This document shows, in pieces, positions 1 through 13,407 of a stretch of DNA of 44,965 nucleotides; the stretch's first letter is position 1; each line of letters opens with the position of its first letter. This stretch comes from Peribolospora baueri. Taxonomy: Eukaryota. The position numbers were made by a program, and so were the translations under genes. The notes under the pieces are model-generated. The model searched no databases and had not been told where the DNA came from. It saw nothing but the letters and a program-made list of their open reading frames with translations. The stretch spans positions 434,001-478,965 of the forward strand of contig JAMDHS010000004.1 of NCBI GenBank assembly GCA_029717555.1, in the 5' to 3' direction.

Positions 1-559
1 AAACTCGTCCAGCCACCCCGCCTTGACCATGGCTTCTCGTGGGTACGTTATCAACTCGGCACCTTCTCGCAATATCATCGTCCACGTTTCCAAATCCCAT
101 CACGCTCCTACTGGCCTAGGAGCACTCAAGGTGCCCGGTCTCCCTTTCCCGTATGGACGGTCCATTTCGAATACCGAGGCTGGGGGCAATACGGGCGGGA
201 ACGCCTCTGGAGCCCCTCTCGCTCATTCTCTCACCACCCCTCGCCGGCCCTCGTCATCTACGTCTGCCACTTCGACCCTCATCCACGCGCTTCTCCACCC
301 CCGCCAAACTCCTCATATCTCCCCCGTGGAGCGTGCCCGAGCCATGATAAAGATCTTCCTCGGCGCGCTTATGGTGGACGGATGGACTAGGGCCACCTCC
401 ACTGATGATGTCCATGACGGCGACAGCGCTGTTCCTCTCGCCACCGCTGAAGCCGCCATCTCTGCCAACGCGCCCAGCTCGACAAACGACAACGTCAATG
501 CCGACGCGAACATTAGGACCGGTAGGAGCGCCCTTTTGGATGACCTTCTCTCGTTTTAA
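1..559 (+). CDS. 3' part of an unknown protein-coding region (frame open from the window start)
   Basis: Frame 2 is open from the window start to TAA at 557-559. Ser/Thr/Ala-rich with one ordered-looking segment (ARAMIKIFLGALMVDGW). No family recognised. Confidence 0.35.
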   Translation, partial: NSSSHPALTMASRGYVINSAPSRNIIVHVSKSHHAPTGLGALKVPGLPFPYGRSISNTEAGGNTGGNASGAPLAHSLTTPRRPSSSTSATSTLIHALLHPRQTPHISPVERARAMIKIFLGALMVDGWTRATSTDDVHDGDSAVPLATAEAAISANAPSSTNDNVNADANIRTGRSALLDDLLSF

Positions 560-1693
560 TCAGAGCCTATTCCGCTCGCCACCCGACTCGAATCAGATAT
601 GGTCTATTTGGAACTCGAACCCGCCATTGGTCCGCCGGGCGAGGTTTCAAGCTGGGAAACTCTGAGCTTCCTCTGCGTCGAGCACCACCTCCAAGACCCC
701 ATTTCCGGGCCTCGCACCATGGTTCCTCAAGCTCTGTCCACGCACGCTGCAGTACATCCCCTCACTCCCCTCCTGGACGATGTCCAACCTTGCCAAACCC
801 TTTCTGCATGCGTCACCAATTTTGTTCACATCTTCACCTGTGTTTCGACCAGTCCGCCGGGACGATCAGTCAGCCAAATCAGCTGCCCTTCAGGGCGTAT
901 AATCACGAGTGTAGTTTACTATTTTTCCCGCTCTGAGATCGCGAATTGAATCCACGTCAACTCAGAGTAGCGCTCGTCCCCGTCGAGGTCGAACCAGCGG
1001 AAAACGACGTGACGTGGTGAGTCCGAAGAAGAGAAAACTGAACCCTTGCACGTCCCCTGAAACTCGTCCTTTTTGACTGGTCCGGCCATGTGGTCGTTGG
1101 CGAAGGTGCATAAACTCCTGAGGCATCCTGTCGATCCGGTTCCGATCCGATATGGAACCCCTTCGTGTCTCCGCTAGAAAGACTGCATCGAGGAGGAAAA
1201 AAATCAAAGGTGGCGCGATCAATAGACGTCCACACGTGAATGTGAATGAAGGAAGGCATTTCATTTCATTTGGAGGGACGGTCGGTCGGGACGGAGGCTC
1301 TGCTCTGCGTACATGGATGTAAGCGGGCAGAGAAGGTGAACGGAAAGAGCGAAAGAGAGGAAGAGGTGGGGAAGAGCCTCATTGGGAGGACGAGAAGTCG
1401 AAGGGCGCGGGGGTTCCTCACCCGTCCAGAGATGGTTAGAAAGAACGGGAATAACGATAATAAAAAGAAAATAAAATTGTGTTGGTGATGGACGTCAAAC
1501 GATAAACAGTTCGCTCCAAATGTCGTGTCGGGTCATTTCCATAAAGTAAGCGCTTGTGCAATCTTGTCCCGGTACATAAGATACCTATCGCCTCTTCCCT
1601 CTTCCAATCCCATATCTTCTCAAACGATGTGGACCTCGCCACCTTTCCCCCCGACCCCCGCTTCCTCTACTCAAACCGAGACATATTCAGCTC

Positions 1694-3545
1694 TCACAGC
1701 GGCGGAAACTCGGCGACCAAGTCAGGGCCACACCACTCCAACATAGCTTCCGTCCACCTCTTGACGTGCGGGCCTGAATCCTCCCAAACCTGCTTGACTA
1801 CCTGCGCGCCGCACACACGCGTGTAGACATATCCGCTAGAGGGCCGAGAAGAAGGAAAAAAAAGCGAAATGAGCGATTGAATGAGAGTCTGGTGAGATAC
1901 GAAGGCAGGGGATATGGGAGACTTACCCAAAGAGGGAGAACTGTTCCGAGCCCGGTCAAAGATGAGGAACCCACGGGGAAAGAGGAAGTAAGAGATGGGT
2001 GACCAAGCGGTGAACCGAACAATTAGTCCGTCAGCCAGTCGGTAGACTTCTCGAACAGGAAACTCACATCAGCGTGTCCAGGCTCTACCCCCGACTCGCT
2101 CAAGAACACCTTTCCATCCTCCAGCTGCTCCAACGCCGCCTCCACGATCGCCATCTTTGCTTGCGGTCCCGCCGTGAATACCTCAGGATACGTTCCGGCA
2201 GATTTGGCCTCCTGGACGCGAGAGAGAAAGGCGTCAAAGCGGGCCGCGCCGACTTTGACGTCTCGAAAATACGTCTGATTGGGACCGTCAATGAAGCCGT
2301 GGACGGCCGGGATCATGACAGGGAGCAGCTCGGGGAATAGAACCTGTGCCATGCCGGAAACCGAAAGTACGAAATAGAGAAGGTAAGTAATTCGGGTGTA
2401 AGAGAGTAAAATCAAAGGAAAGTAGGAAGAACAAAGCATGAAGAAGATCGTCCACGCGGTATGACAAGCTCATTTCGATAAGGCCGGGAAAGCTCTCCGC
2501 GCCGTCGTCACCATTCACCGTTTCTTCAGAACCATACCCTCCCAGGTCTCACTCACCTTGGAAGCGAACTGGTCAACAAATCGAGCAAAAGCCTTTCCTG
2601 TAGGGGATCCAAAGATCTTATATCCCTGCGGATGCTTGCGCTCTAGGTAGCTATTGAGAACCGTGGTTGGTCGGCGGCGGGAGGTGACAAGGGCGAGCGG
2701 ATGGGAAGAGAAGAGGAAAGCGGAGACGTAAGCGACAAGACAAGCAAAATTAAATAGCTTTGGTTTGTCACATAAGCCGCCTCGGAAGCCGTGCCCCTGA
2801 CAGCTCACCAAGCAATCTCCCAGCTGAAGTTGTGGTGAACACGAAGAAGAAAGCCTGGTAAGCGAGAGACGGAAACATCAAGAAGGTCCACCACTGCCAT
2901 CGACGCCCACCTGTCCGTCAGATTCGATCCATCTGCATGGATTAGGTGATGGTGCATGTGTGAGTGGCGCTCAGGACATTCAGAGCGGGAGCATGAGCAG
3001 GAAGGAAAGGCGACAGTCCGCTCACCGCTCAACTCGATGGTAGGTACGGTGACGTTCCCTCCGACCTTGGAGGCGAGGTCGGTGCGGACCTCGGTAAAGC
3101 AGAGCTTTTCGGAGGTGTAGCCTACGTTGAGCAGCTTGAGGTCGAGGACGGACTTGACGCACTGGGCAAGGTGTGCGTTAGAAAGGAGTGGGAAAGGAGT
3201 GGGACGGGGGTAAGTTGGAGTGGACTGCGACCTGATGCTCGGCTCGGCATGAACGACGGAAACCGGACTGACATGGGGTGAGAAGACGACGTGTCCGCCC
3301 TTTTGGTTCGTGAGCTCATAAAGCACAAGACCCTCCTTGTCCTGACTGAGATGGAAAGGGGTGCCAGACCTGACGGGCGGGGCGGCAAACTCGCCAGCGT
3401 TGTCGAAGCTGCCTCCCGCCCCTGCTGGATCGGAGTAGGCTGGGGCGGAGTGCTTGCTGCCAGAGCGGGGCGTGGGGGCGACGATGTCGCCGTTCCTGTC
3501 CTGCTCGGGAGCGTCGTCGGTGATCTTGCGAGCCGCTGGAGCCAT
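1694..3545 (-). CDS. Glutathione S-transferase-like protein (fungal GST, multi-exon)
   Basis: Spliced: MAPAARK...LYELTNQKGGHVVFSPH|CVKSVLDLKLLNVGY...VTVPTIELS|DGSNLTD|SWEIA|CYLERKHP (GST N-domain: SP, cis-Pro VP, DS-x-x-I-x-x-YL), then ...PGHAD|FSLFG|GYVY...VKRWTEAML...FPPL* (GST C-domain ADF motif). GT-AG introns; micro-exons at 1927-1940 and 2809-2823. Confidence 0.8.
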
Positions 3546-5829
3546 GCTGATATGAGCCTGCTGTGCAATAGGAGGTGCGGGTGATGGTATGAGTGCAAGG
3601 AACGGAGGGCGAGGATGGGAGGTGGGGAAGGTGACGCGGCCGATCGCGTGCAGCAGCGTCACAGTCAGTCGCTCTTGGACGCCGGCTCCACAAAACGCCT
3701 TTCGTCCACTTCCCCCTCTTTGCCCTGTTTCGACTAACCTGGAGAGTGTTTTTGTTCGTACAGGAAAGCCCCTGGATCTATATCGAGACGCTTAAGCGTT
3801 GGTTGCGGAAAGGGGTCGATCCGCTGGCCCGTCTGTCCGCCAGCATCGACGGAGGCCACCCACAGCGCTCTACACAGTCGCCGCCTTTCCGCTCTCCCAG
3901 CGGTGACGGTGATGACGGCACAGACATTCGTCGTCAACCTGCACGTCCCGGTATTTAACGATCCTTCGCCCAGTTGCTGGCCGTGTATCACTGACTTCGC
4001 CCCCTGTGCCTCCTCCCCATATTTCTGTCCCTGCACCCTGGCTTTGGACGGCACGCGTTTGGGGAGAGTGAAGACGGCCTTGTCCAGAGGACTTGGCCAC
4101 ATTCCCCGAGTGCAATGACATAACATTCATGTCCCCCGACGCTGTCTTTGTCCTCTGTGTGCACTCGGAAAGCGACCGGCACTGGTCGAAGCCGACGTTC
4201 ATGAGCTCTTCAACGACGCGCCTACAATGGACACTTGAGCGTGTGAGTGCGTCTGAGAGGAAAGAGAGAAAACAAGAAGTGTTATGTATAGTACGCATGT
4301 ATAGCTTGCGTAATATATTGCGGGCGCTTCTCTCTTAGTCAGCCACTTCACTCCCCTCGAAGATATACTCGTGCAAGATGGGAATAAGATCGTGTTCATG
4401 GTCGTACAGAAGCTGACAGAAAGCATGCGAGGGGCAGTGGTCACCGTCCCAACAGCGAGGGAAGGATGCCAATGCATTTTCTGCTCACAACAAGCCGTTG
4501 TAAGCACCACTACAGCCTCCAGAGGCGGAATGCTCATGAAAGGGCAAAGGTCTGGAAGAAGGAGGGTATGGCTTGTTGGCACGTCCTGCCGGAACGGCAA
4601 AACAGTCAAATTTGACAGGACCGGGGCCGTCGTCGTTGGGTGCCGTGGCGGCTTTCACCTACCATCTTGCCACGGCGGAGCAGTACAGGTACATAAAATA
4701 AGGGGACCGGAAAATGAGATGGGAGTACAGAGGATCGACGGCAGCGATCACAAACCACGTCTTCATCTGTGTTTTAAGCGGGGAAGCAGAATCGTCGCGA
4801 CGCCCTCCCGTCCGGTGCGATTCCGGACTGAGGCTGGATGATACGCTGCTTGCGGGACGGGCGACCTCTGGGGTCTCGGAGTTTGGCGCAACAGGGGAAG
4901 GGAGCGAGACAGATCAGTGTAACGTCGCTGGCATCTATAGGGGATTCTGTAGAGAGAGGCTGGCGGTGCTCGTCCTCTGATGCGCTATAGAGAAGGCGCG
5001 ACTAGGTCAGGGGAGAGGGATCGACGGGAGCGGTGAGCATAGATCGGGCCGGGTCCAGCTATTCTACGTAACCCCTTTGTAGTGCCGCGCACCTCCACAG
5101 GGTGGGTCACAAGAGCAAGAGACGGAAAGGAAATGAGATGACAGACAAATTCTGCCAATCGTCTAATGACGTTGGCTATGCAATCAAAAGATTGAGATGA
5201 GCAGGCAAAAGAGTTAGAGAATATAGATGTCATACCTGTCACGTGAGGAAGATTTTAGTAACTAGACCAACACGAGATCCACTGGCTCCTGTGAAGACAA
5301 CCACGACGAAGTATACATCATCACCACACCGTCTAACTAAAAGTGTCTGACGATTCGAACGTTGCACGTCGCAGCTTTTATAGGAGAGAAAGCGAAACAA
5401 GCGGGCCGGTCGAAGACGGACAAACGCAGTAGACACGTCGTAGTCTGCCCCATATGCCATATGCAGATCTCAGCAAGTCTGTGCGAGAAAAAAACAAGAC
5501 TGCCCATGGACGACGTATGCTCGTCGGCCGTCCCTCTCCTCCCTCTCGAGCGCCCGAGCCGGGCAGCGCAGGCGGCTCGGAAGAAGATGAGATAGCGAGC
5601 AAAATGAGACTGCGGGACGTCCTTGTCCCGGAAGAAGATGAGATTGCGGCCGGCTACCGCAGGACGCGTGCGAGCGCCTGCCCGAGGGGCACGTTCTTCG
5701 TCTCCGGTGCGGTGCTCTCTGCTCGAGCAAGGGCAGGCACATATGTACATGACGAACGTCACTTACAGAGCTCATCTCAAAAAGAAGAAGGCAGTCAGAG
5801 TATGGTTCTTGAAGACTCCTCTTTGACAT

Positions 5830-5899
5830 TAGCGGTACGAAGCGGTTGGAAAGGGAGGTTGGACTAGCGGTACGAAGCGGTTGGAAAGGGAGGTTGGAC
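5830..5899. repeat. Perfect 35-bp tandem duplication
   Basis: TAGCGGTACGAAGCGGTTGGAAAGGGAGGTTGGAC at 5830-5864 and 5865-5899. Confidence 0.95.
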
Positions 5900-6588
5900 C
5901 TTGGAGGGAAAGGGGAGGAAGAGAGCGTGGAAGGCATAGGCCGTTAGCTAGCAGATCCGTTTCCCATCCCATTTTTTGCGGATTGGGACTGCCAACATGA
6001 GAACCGTGCTATTATATTATCCATTCCTGACAGGTTGACGCCGCTGGCCTTCAATGGTGGATGGACAAGATGTTTTGTGAACGTCTCCTAACAAAATTTG
6101 TATTCTACTCCCCGTCCATCGTGCTATGAACAGGCGGTGGTGAAGGATTTACAGATTGGTGCACCATTTTGCCGGCATACTTTAGCCACTACCATTTGAC
6201 CATCAAATTTGCTGTAGGCATGATAAACCAACTTCAACCAGATTGAATGTACCTGGTGTAGTACAGACTGTCGAACGAGTATCGTTAAAAAAGGGGTGGC
6301 GTAATTGAACGCCCGAGCGTAGAACTCGGTGCTGAGAGAGGACTGCGCCTCAAGGGGACTTGGCTTCCGAATTAGCTTTTTCCAGACCTGTTTGTTCCTC
6401 CTGACAGACCGACCTTGATATCGTGCTTCTTTCCGTCCTTCCTTCCTTCCTTCCATTTAACCTTCCTACCTTCCTGTTTTCCTCCTGCTGTCCTCCGTTG
6501 CCATTAGTCTTGGAAAGTCGTGATACATACCACCAAACGCATGGTCCATGAAGACAGCAGTCAGCAGCCCGTGTAACTTGCGCACCAT

Positions 6589-7495
6589 CTAGGCTTTGAC
6601 AAACCTCCCCACGCAGGTCGGTATGACGGCGATGTCCGGATCGGACTGCCCGCGTCGCAGCTCCACCTCCTTCCAGCCTCCGAGCTTCTCGATCCACTCC
6701 CCGGTCGGGCGGGTGAGCTGACAGCCGCCAAAAACGACGGGCCACACAAAGTTCCAGAGGTGCTGGATCAGTCGGCCGATCGGGTGCGGGGAGAGGACGT
6801 GTTCAAAGATGATGAGCTGGCCGCCTGGACGGAGGAGCTTCTGGAGGCGCGGGAGGAGGGGCTGGGGGTTCGGGACTGAGCAGAGGACTATGATGGAGAG
6901 AAATTGAAAGGCGAACGTGAGCGGCCCCATGTCACCAGCGTGTTGACTCTCTGAACGACGCTGGACGGCGATACAAAAGAAAAGCGGAAAGAGAATACGT
7001 GCCTTGCACGAGGAGAACTGTATCAAAGCTGCCCTCCGTGATGCCATACGCCTCGAGCTTGTCGACATCGTCGATGCCGAAGGGTACGATCTCATACTTG
7101 TCCTTCAAGCCCGCCTTGACAATGTTCTCCCTCAGCTGCTGATGCGCTCCCTCGTAGGGTTCGACGCCGAGCACCGCGTCGACCTTCTTGACGTCGTAGT
7201 ACTTGAGCGTTTGTCCCGTGCCCGCTCCCACTTCGAGCACCCTACCCCTGGCCTCGGCGATGACAGGGCGCTTCTCATCCGCTTTCTGCTTGTCACCCAT
7301 GTCGAGGACGCGGGCAAAGGCGCAGGACCAGAAGAGAGACAGCCACTTGGAGGGCGAGAGGAGGGAAGAGACGGAGAAAGACCTGAGCTGCTCGACCGAC
7401 GCGCCGTAAAGACCGAAGCCGACGAAGAGAGAGAACATGAAGAAGGGAAAGAAGGCCGCCTGGACGGTCTGTATGATGTGGGGGAGGGACAGCAT
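6589..7495 (-). CDS. METTL7/TMT1-like SAM-dependent methyltransferase, 263 aa, 2 exons (7495-7003, 6887-6589)
   Basis: Hydrophobic N-terminal anchor; motif I VLEVGAGTG; GVEP; FDTVLLVQ|VLCSVP; LRPGGQLIIFEHV; GGCQLTR. The frame is restored only with a GC-AG intron at 7002-6888. Confidence 0.88.
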
Positions 7496-8194
7496 GGCTC
7501 AGACCTAGATACGATGGTCCAAGGGGAGAGGGTGTTGCGTGTGAAGGAGATGGTTCTTCGATATCCTGTTCTAAGAAGCGCGTTTATGGTGCACGCAGAA
7601 GATGGCTGTGCATGGATTCGAGCGGGAATGATCATACGGCCGAAGTGGTAGGTCCAGTTCCCACGCGCCACAGCTCCTAATAGGGACCCTATCCAGCTGT
7701 TACGAGCATCGACCTCCAGCACCTCCGGGCAGTCCTGGCCGGCCCGAGCGTCGACGACGCCTTGGTTTCCGCGGCCACATCATTGCGCCAGCGCCTCCAA
7801 CGACCAACACCGCCCGTGTCCTGCCTCGAGGGTGCCTCGGGCGACGGCCGCGCCGGACGAGGCCGGGATCACTTGACGCGACCAAAGCTGCCCGGCCGAG
7901 GTCGGACCAGCCTCAAGCAAGCTGAGTGCGTGAATCTGATTACGTCCACCGTCTTCTCCGCACCGCTCGCCGGGTCCCCGAGGAGGCCTCGCACGGATAC
8001 AGACGGCGGCCGGCAGCTTATTCCCTATTCTACGTAAACGGAGAAAGACGGACGGTTGTAGTATATCTAGATGAACCACGTGTGGTCACGTGCGTACCAC
8101 GAAGAGTGATCGGTAGATGGACAGGGCGGTGGGGAGGCTCGTATTCACTTGACCTTCATCGTTGCCAGCGCCGCAACTCGACAAGAGGCTATCC

Positions 8195-10071
8195 ATGTCC
8201 CAGTCCGACGCTAATAGCTCACCGACGCTTCTGCGGCGCCCAGGCCCGCCGCCTCCTCCGCCGGTCGCCCATTCGTCGTCTTCGAGCTCGTCCTCGTCCT
8301 CGCAACCGGATCCACCACCACTGCCGTCGACTTCAGCGCCGACTCCACCTCCACCACCCTCATCCTCTCTGCCGACTCCTTCTGCCGCCGATCAAAGCGG
8401 ACAAAGCCCAAACAATGAGTTGAAAGGCGATTCGGCGACGCCAGAGACGGAAGATGACGCGGAGATTGAGAGGAGGTTGGGTGAGTTGTTCGCTCGCTCC
8501 TTTCTACGCTAACAGAGTGCCGTGCACTGCAGTGCACTGCATATATATGCTTTCACGAGTTCGATCCGCTCAGTTGCTGATAGATGCACCCTGCTTTCAC
8601 GAAACGTATCTATTACGCTTGTGGCCCGTCTCGGTCATTCTATCGAACCGTTTCCTCCTCTCATCGCTCGTGCAGCTCGTGAAGCCAACACGTTCAAGCA
8701 GGAACTCGAGATTGGTGCGCAACGCGTTCGGCAGCGCAGACCCTAAGGGCGTTCCCTGACCCGATATGCTTTCTTCCTTTTCTTTCCCTCTCACCGGCCA
8801 CGGCCCGACAGACCGTATCCTCTCGGCCTTCAAACTGAACCCTTATGATATCCTCGACCTTCTCCAAGAGGCTTCCGAGAAGGACATCAAGAACGCTTAC
8901 CGGAGAAAGTCCTTGCTCATTCACCCCGACAAGGTCAAGCATGGTATGTTCGCCTAAGAGACTGATTTCCCAGCAGTTCGCAGGGCAGGAAGCTTTGAAA
9001 ATCCAGCGCGCGGCTGATGGTGGTCGGATCACTGGTTCCCAGAACGAGCGGTCGAGGCTTTCGATCTGCTGAAGAAAGTAAGTGAGCGTACCACTCGCTG
9101 TGGCAGGCCGTTGTATGCTACCGAGCGACACCCCTATTTCCCTCATTCTCCCACTCGCCCACCTTGAATTTGGTCCATTTGCCCACTCATGCCCTTTTTT
9201 AATCCGTTGGAAAACACCATCATCAGGCAGAAGCACAACTTCAAGACCCAGCGCGCCGCAAGGACCTCGACGAAATTGTGATGGAAGCGCGGGTACTGGT
9301 GCTAAAGGAGCTCTCGTTGCCCATCTCAACCCCCTCCGATGACCCCGCCCTCATGTCTCCTAGTCTGGACCCACCGTTCTCGCGGCGGCTGGCGATGAAG
9401 ACCAAGGAAGTGATGATCGACGAGGAAGTCAGAAAGCGGAAGTGAGCCGGTGCTTTCTTTTAATTCCTCTACCGCGTCTGGGTGCGATATCTGCGGACTC
9501 GGGGTTCGGTCGTAGAGTAGGAAGGAAAGGGACGGCAATTACGAGAAAGCATCCTGCTGACCATGCGATCACTCGATTCCTTCGCCTTCCGCACGATCAA
9601 TCGCCTTCAGAGCTGCAAAATTGCAAATGATGTACGAGGTGCGTCTTGCGTCTTGTCTGTCCCTGACGGAACCGAGCAAGCCGGGCCGGTTACCAGTGGA
9701 GACTGAGCGAGCCGTCCGTCTTCCTAGACTGACCATCTCATTTTCACCCTCGTCTTCCTCGCGTAATCGCAGGGGGCCGAGGCGGCGAAGAAGGAACAAG
9801 CGGCAGAGGACAGGAAACGCAAGGCGGAAGAAGAGGCAAGGTGGGAGGCGGGAAGAGAGAACAGGGTGAACGATTGGGTGAGAATGCGCTCCTTTCTCTC
9901 AGCTCGATGGCCCGGTGTCTGTCCCGCGTCTGCCGACCGGCTCGTCTAAGCTTTGACCATTTTTTTTCTCTCTCTCTCATCTTTGCGCATCCCGTCGCTC
10001 TTCTGCAGAGAAACTTTACCAAAGGCGGCGGTCACAAGAAGAAAAAAGCCAAGCCGAACGTGCTGGGGTGA
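8195..10071 (+). CDS. SPF31: J-domain protein Spf31/DNAJC8 (multi-exon)
   Basis: Spliced EANTFKQELEI|DRILSAFKLNPYDILDL...IKNAYRRKSLLIHPDKVKH; later AFDLLKK, KTKEVMIDEEVRKR, KRKAEEEARWEAGREERVNDW and basic end KKKKAKPNVLG*, matching the DNAJC8/Spf31 architecture. Confidence 0.9.
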
Positions 10072-10297
10072 GACGCCACGTTTTGGGCTTGGCAGGCGCG
10101 CCTTCGGAGTCCGCGTGCGGTCCTGATGATGCCTTTGACAGGAGCCGGCGAGGGAAGGAGGACGTCCAGACCTCGGTGGACGTGAAAAAGGGTCCTTGTT
10201 TTCTTACTGTACAATAACGGGACAAATGCTTGCTCGGGAACGAGTCCAACTTCGATCGCCCGTCGACCGCGTCGGTCGGTCGCTTGTCATCGACCTG

Positions 10298-12369
10298 CTA
10301 CGACTCAGGCGAAGATGTGATGACGATCGGCTCAGCGGCTGCCCTTGTGGGAACGCGTCTTCGCCTAGCGGCGGGGACGGGTGACGAAGAAGGAGGCGCG
10401 GCGGCGGGAGTGGTGGGCTTACGTTCGTGGTTCACCGCACCGCCCTCCTCGACGTTGAACAGCTCGTCCACGTCCCAAGAAGTCGAGTCACCGAATTCGT
10501 TATCCTCGTCCTCGCCTCCGCTGCCATTGGCTGTGTGGCGGCGCTGGTGAAGGCGAGGAGGGTTGTCGTCGTCATCAATGATCTCTATGGGCATGTCGCG
10601 CGGGAGTTTCCATTGCGGCGCTTCTTCGAGCTCTCTGCAGAGAATAGAAGCGAAGGAAGGAGGGGAAAGAGGACGAAGAAACCGTCAGTTCTGTTCAAGG
10701 TTTTAACGACGCACAGTCTCCATTAACACGAGAGTGGAAAAGCAAAAAAGGGCCGCCCACTCAATGTCTTCCAAAAAATCCACGTCGATATCCGAAAATT
10801 CGAGGGACGCGTCAACAACCTCCCCTCCTTTCCTTCCGTCCGTCACCGCAACCGCCGTTGTCCGTCGGTCGAGAGTGACCGCTGCGGCGGCTGGAGCGCG
10901 ATGAGAGGGACCGGCTAAGGATGGCGGCGGGTGATTCGCCTGCTCTTCCTTTTTGGCGGCACCTCTTGCGGAGCCAACCCTTCTCGGTGGTGATACACGC
11001 CGAGACTCAAGTGGAGGTCGCAGTCGTGCTCGCTCGGTCTCCGCGAGTCCGGCCATCATCGCCTCCTCCTCGTCAGAATCTGGGAAGCGATCTGGGGCAC
11101 CGTCCGGTTCTACGCCTGGTCGGGATGGCCGGTGGGGCGATGGGAGCGCGGAACCCGACGCATGATTGGTGCCAACGGTGGCTTGGAGCTCAGCGCTGGT
11201 GGCCATAGTTTGTAGAGGTTTCCTAGGAGCGGGATGAGGCAAGTCAGAAGCAGACGGGAAGAGGGATGCTATTGAAATATACCTCCATTTCATTGAAAGC
11301 ACTCACCCAAGCCTTTCGCGAAGGGAGTTGATTAATCTCTCCTCTCTTTCCGCCTCTAGTTCTTCGACATGGTGGCCCTTGAGAACGACGTTGCTAGGGT
11401 CGAGAAGCAGCTTTGGTTGCAATGAAGCAAGAGGGGGCCGGCTTGTTAATCGACTAATATCCTTATTATTTCTCCATCCGACCCATCCAGAAAAACTCAC
11501 GATGCCTCGAAGGACTCTCACGTTCTTGAGCAAGAGCTGGAGGAAAATCGACCGAAAGCGACCGCACGATGAGGCGGTTTGATACGGCAGGCGCATGCAT
11601 TCTCGTCCTCTCCTAAGGTCCTCGCCACAACGTCGTCACCCACCTTTTCACCCAACTTAGTCTCTTCCATGCTCAGCCCGTGTATTCGCTTGTGCTCAAT
11701 GGCAGGGACGAGGGTATGGCCATCGCTCAACTCGAGTTTAAGCATCGACCTCGGAAACGAGGGCGGGCCTTTATTGCCGTCGTCAAAAGGCGGAATGCCT
11801 TCTCCATATCCAACCTCCTGCTCCCCGCTTGCAAAGGACACGTTCGCGGTCGCAGGCGCGCGCGTCGGGTCGTTCGCTGAGGAGGCGAGCAGGGAAGCGC
11901 TGCCCATAGTCTGCCTTTCGGCCTTGCGCGCTTCGGCTACGTCCAGGAGGTTGAGGGCTGATACTCCGATGTCTTTGCGGTGGATAACAAGCCGACGATT
12001 TGAACATGGGGTCCAGGCGTCAGGACAGCATGCAAACGAGCGAGAGAACAAAGGCGTCCTAGCATACGGAAACGTACCAACGACGCTCATCACCTGCACC
12101 AAAACCGCCTCCCTCGGTCCCCTAGCCACCCAGCTATCCTCGATAGCATGTATACCGTTAGGAAAGCTCGGACCGGCGGTGATTGAAGCAAGGTCTCCAA
12201 AGAGGAGTTGGGCGTTGACCTCTTTGATCAGTTGCGGCGGCGTGAGGTGCGGGAAGTTGTCGCGGAGGTAGGCGACGCACTCGCTGAGCCACTCCGGATG
12301 GACGTTCAGCTGGGGATACTGGCTCCTGAGCCAGTTCGTGAGCGGAACTGGGATCGTTTCTCCAGCCAT
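10298..12369 (-). CDS. RMI1: RecQ-mediated genome instability protein 1 (N-terminal helical domain + OB fold, disordered C-terminus)
   Basis: WLRSQYP..VHPEWLSECV..QLLFGDL..VLVQV..DIGVSA..FPRSMLKLELSDG..AIEHKRIHGLSMEETKLGEK|LLLKNVRVLRGI|LLLDPSNVVLKGHHVEELE is the RMI1_N signature. 3' exon boundaries are less certain. Confidence 0.88.
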
Positions 12370-13313
12370 GGAAGAGTTCTGCGGGCCTTGTTGTCCTCCC
12401 CTTCTCCGCTCTCTTCTGCTTTGTTCTGCATTCCTCTCCCCTGTTCTGGTCTGGTCACGGTGGGCAACTGCTAATGCCAGGTCACGTGTATACCACGATC
12501 GGGATGAGACCCGTGGCCGCGTAGATGACTTTTCCCGCATGTTCTTCGCTACGGCAAGCAGACTGAACGGCCCCTGCTCAATGTTCTCAATTGAGTCGAT
12601 CCCCGGATCGGATCATCAACGACGATCTCGCGATTGGTCGTGTATATAGGCGTTGTTCATTTATATGCAGACTTCGGTGCTGATGTATCCGACTCAGCTG
12701 AGGTCAATGTCGCAACTTCCAGGCTCGCCCTTCACCACATGGCCGCCGCAAGATGACCGACGTGCTGGGGTTACTCAGCATTGGGCCGTGAATGACCGAC
12801 CACACGCTGAGGGAAAAGGAAAGGCCGAACAGGGTTGTGCTCATGGCCATCCAATGCCAAGCACGCTGAATTGGCCGAACGCATCTCTCTTGTTCCGCCT
12901 CGTATCACCAGCAGGCGAACCGAAAACGCGGAAAGAAGCGCGAGATCTCCTTGGACCACCTCAGATCCAAGGTAAGCAGGTGCGCGAGCGGGCGTTTAAG
13001 ACGACATGGAAATCGAGATCGAAATGTCGAGGAGGCTCCTGCTATTCAAAGCAAGTCAGGTAGAAATAATTTGTTGTTTACCAGTGTGTACTGAGAGAGA
13101 CGCATAGGAGGTGACCGCTGATGGAGTTGAGTTTCATAATTTGCCGGAGTCAGGGGGACGACTGAGGGGGTTGACGACGGATGGCTGGCAAAGGCCACTT
13201 AGGCATACGGTCGAATCTGAAGACATCTGATGCGTCAGTCTTCTTCCTCGTCGCTGTGCTCCAAAGGCATTCAAACGAGCGGCCATGGCGAGGCGAAGCC
13301 GGCGACGCCCGTA

Positions 13314-13351
13314 TGGGCCGTGATTCGTGGGCCGTGATTCGTGGGCCGTGA
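13314..13351. repeat. 14-bp tandem repeat, about 2.7 copies
   Basis: TGGGCCGTGATTCG x2 plus TGGGCCGTGA. Confidence 0.9.
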
Positions 13352-13407
13352 CGAATCGACGTTGCCCGTTCCAACTATCTCGTCATAATCAGAAGTATAA
13401 TCAAAAG

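Noticed and set aside
5940..6450. Possible tRNA or snRNA in an AT-richer stretch
   Set aside because: No cloverleaf, A/B boxes or snRNA consensus recognised.
7658..7665. Canonical CSL site (TTCCCACG) in the divergent METTL7-like/SPF31 promoter
   Set aside because: A single 8-mer is expected about once by chance in this window, and another copy lies inside an ORF.
12600..13400. Possible gene between RMI1 and the microprotein gene (ORF 12653-13063, donor-like GTAAGC at 12972)
   Set aside because: No recognisable protein or consistent exon chain.
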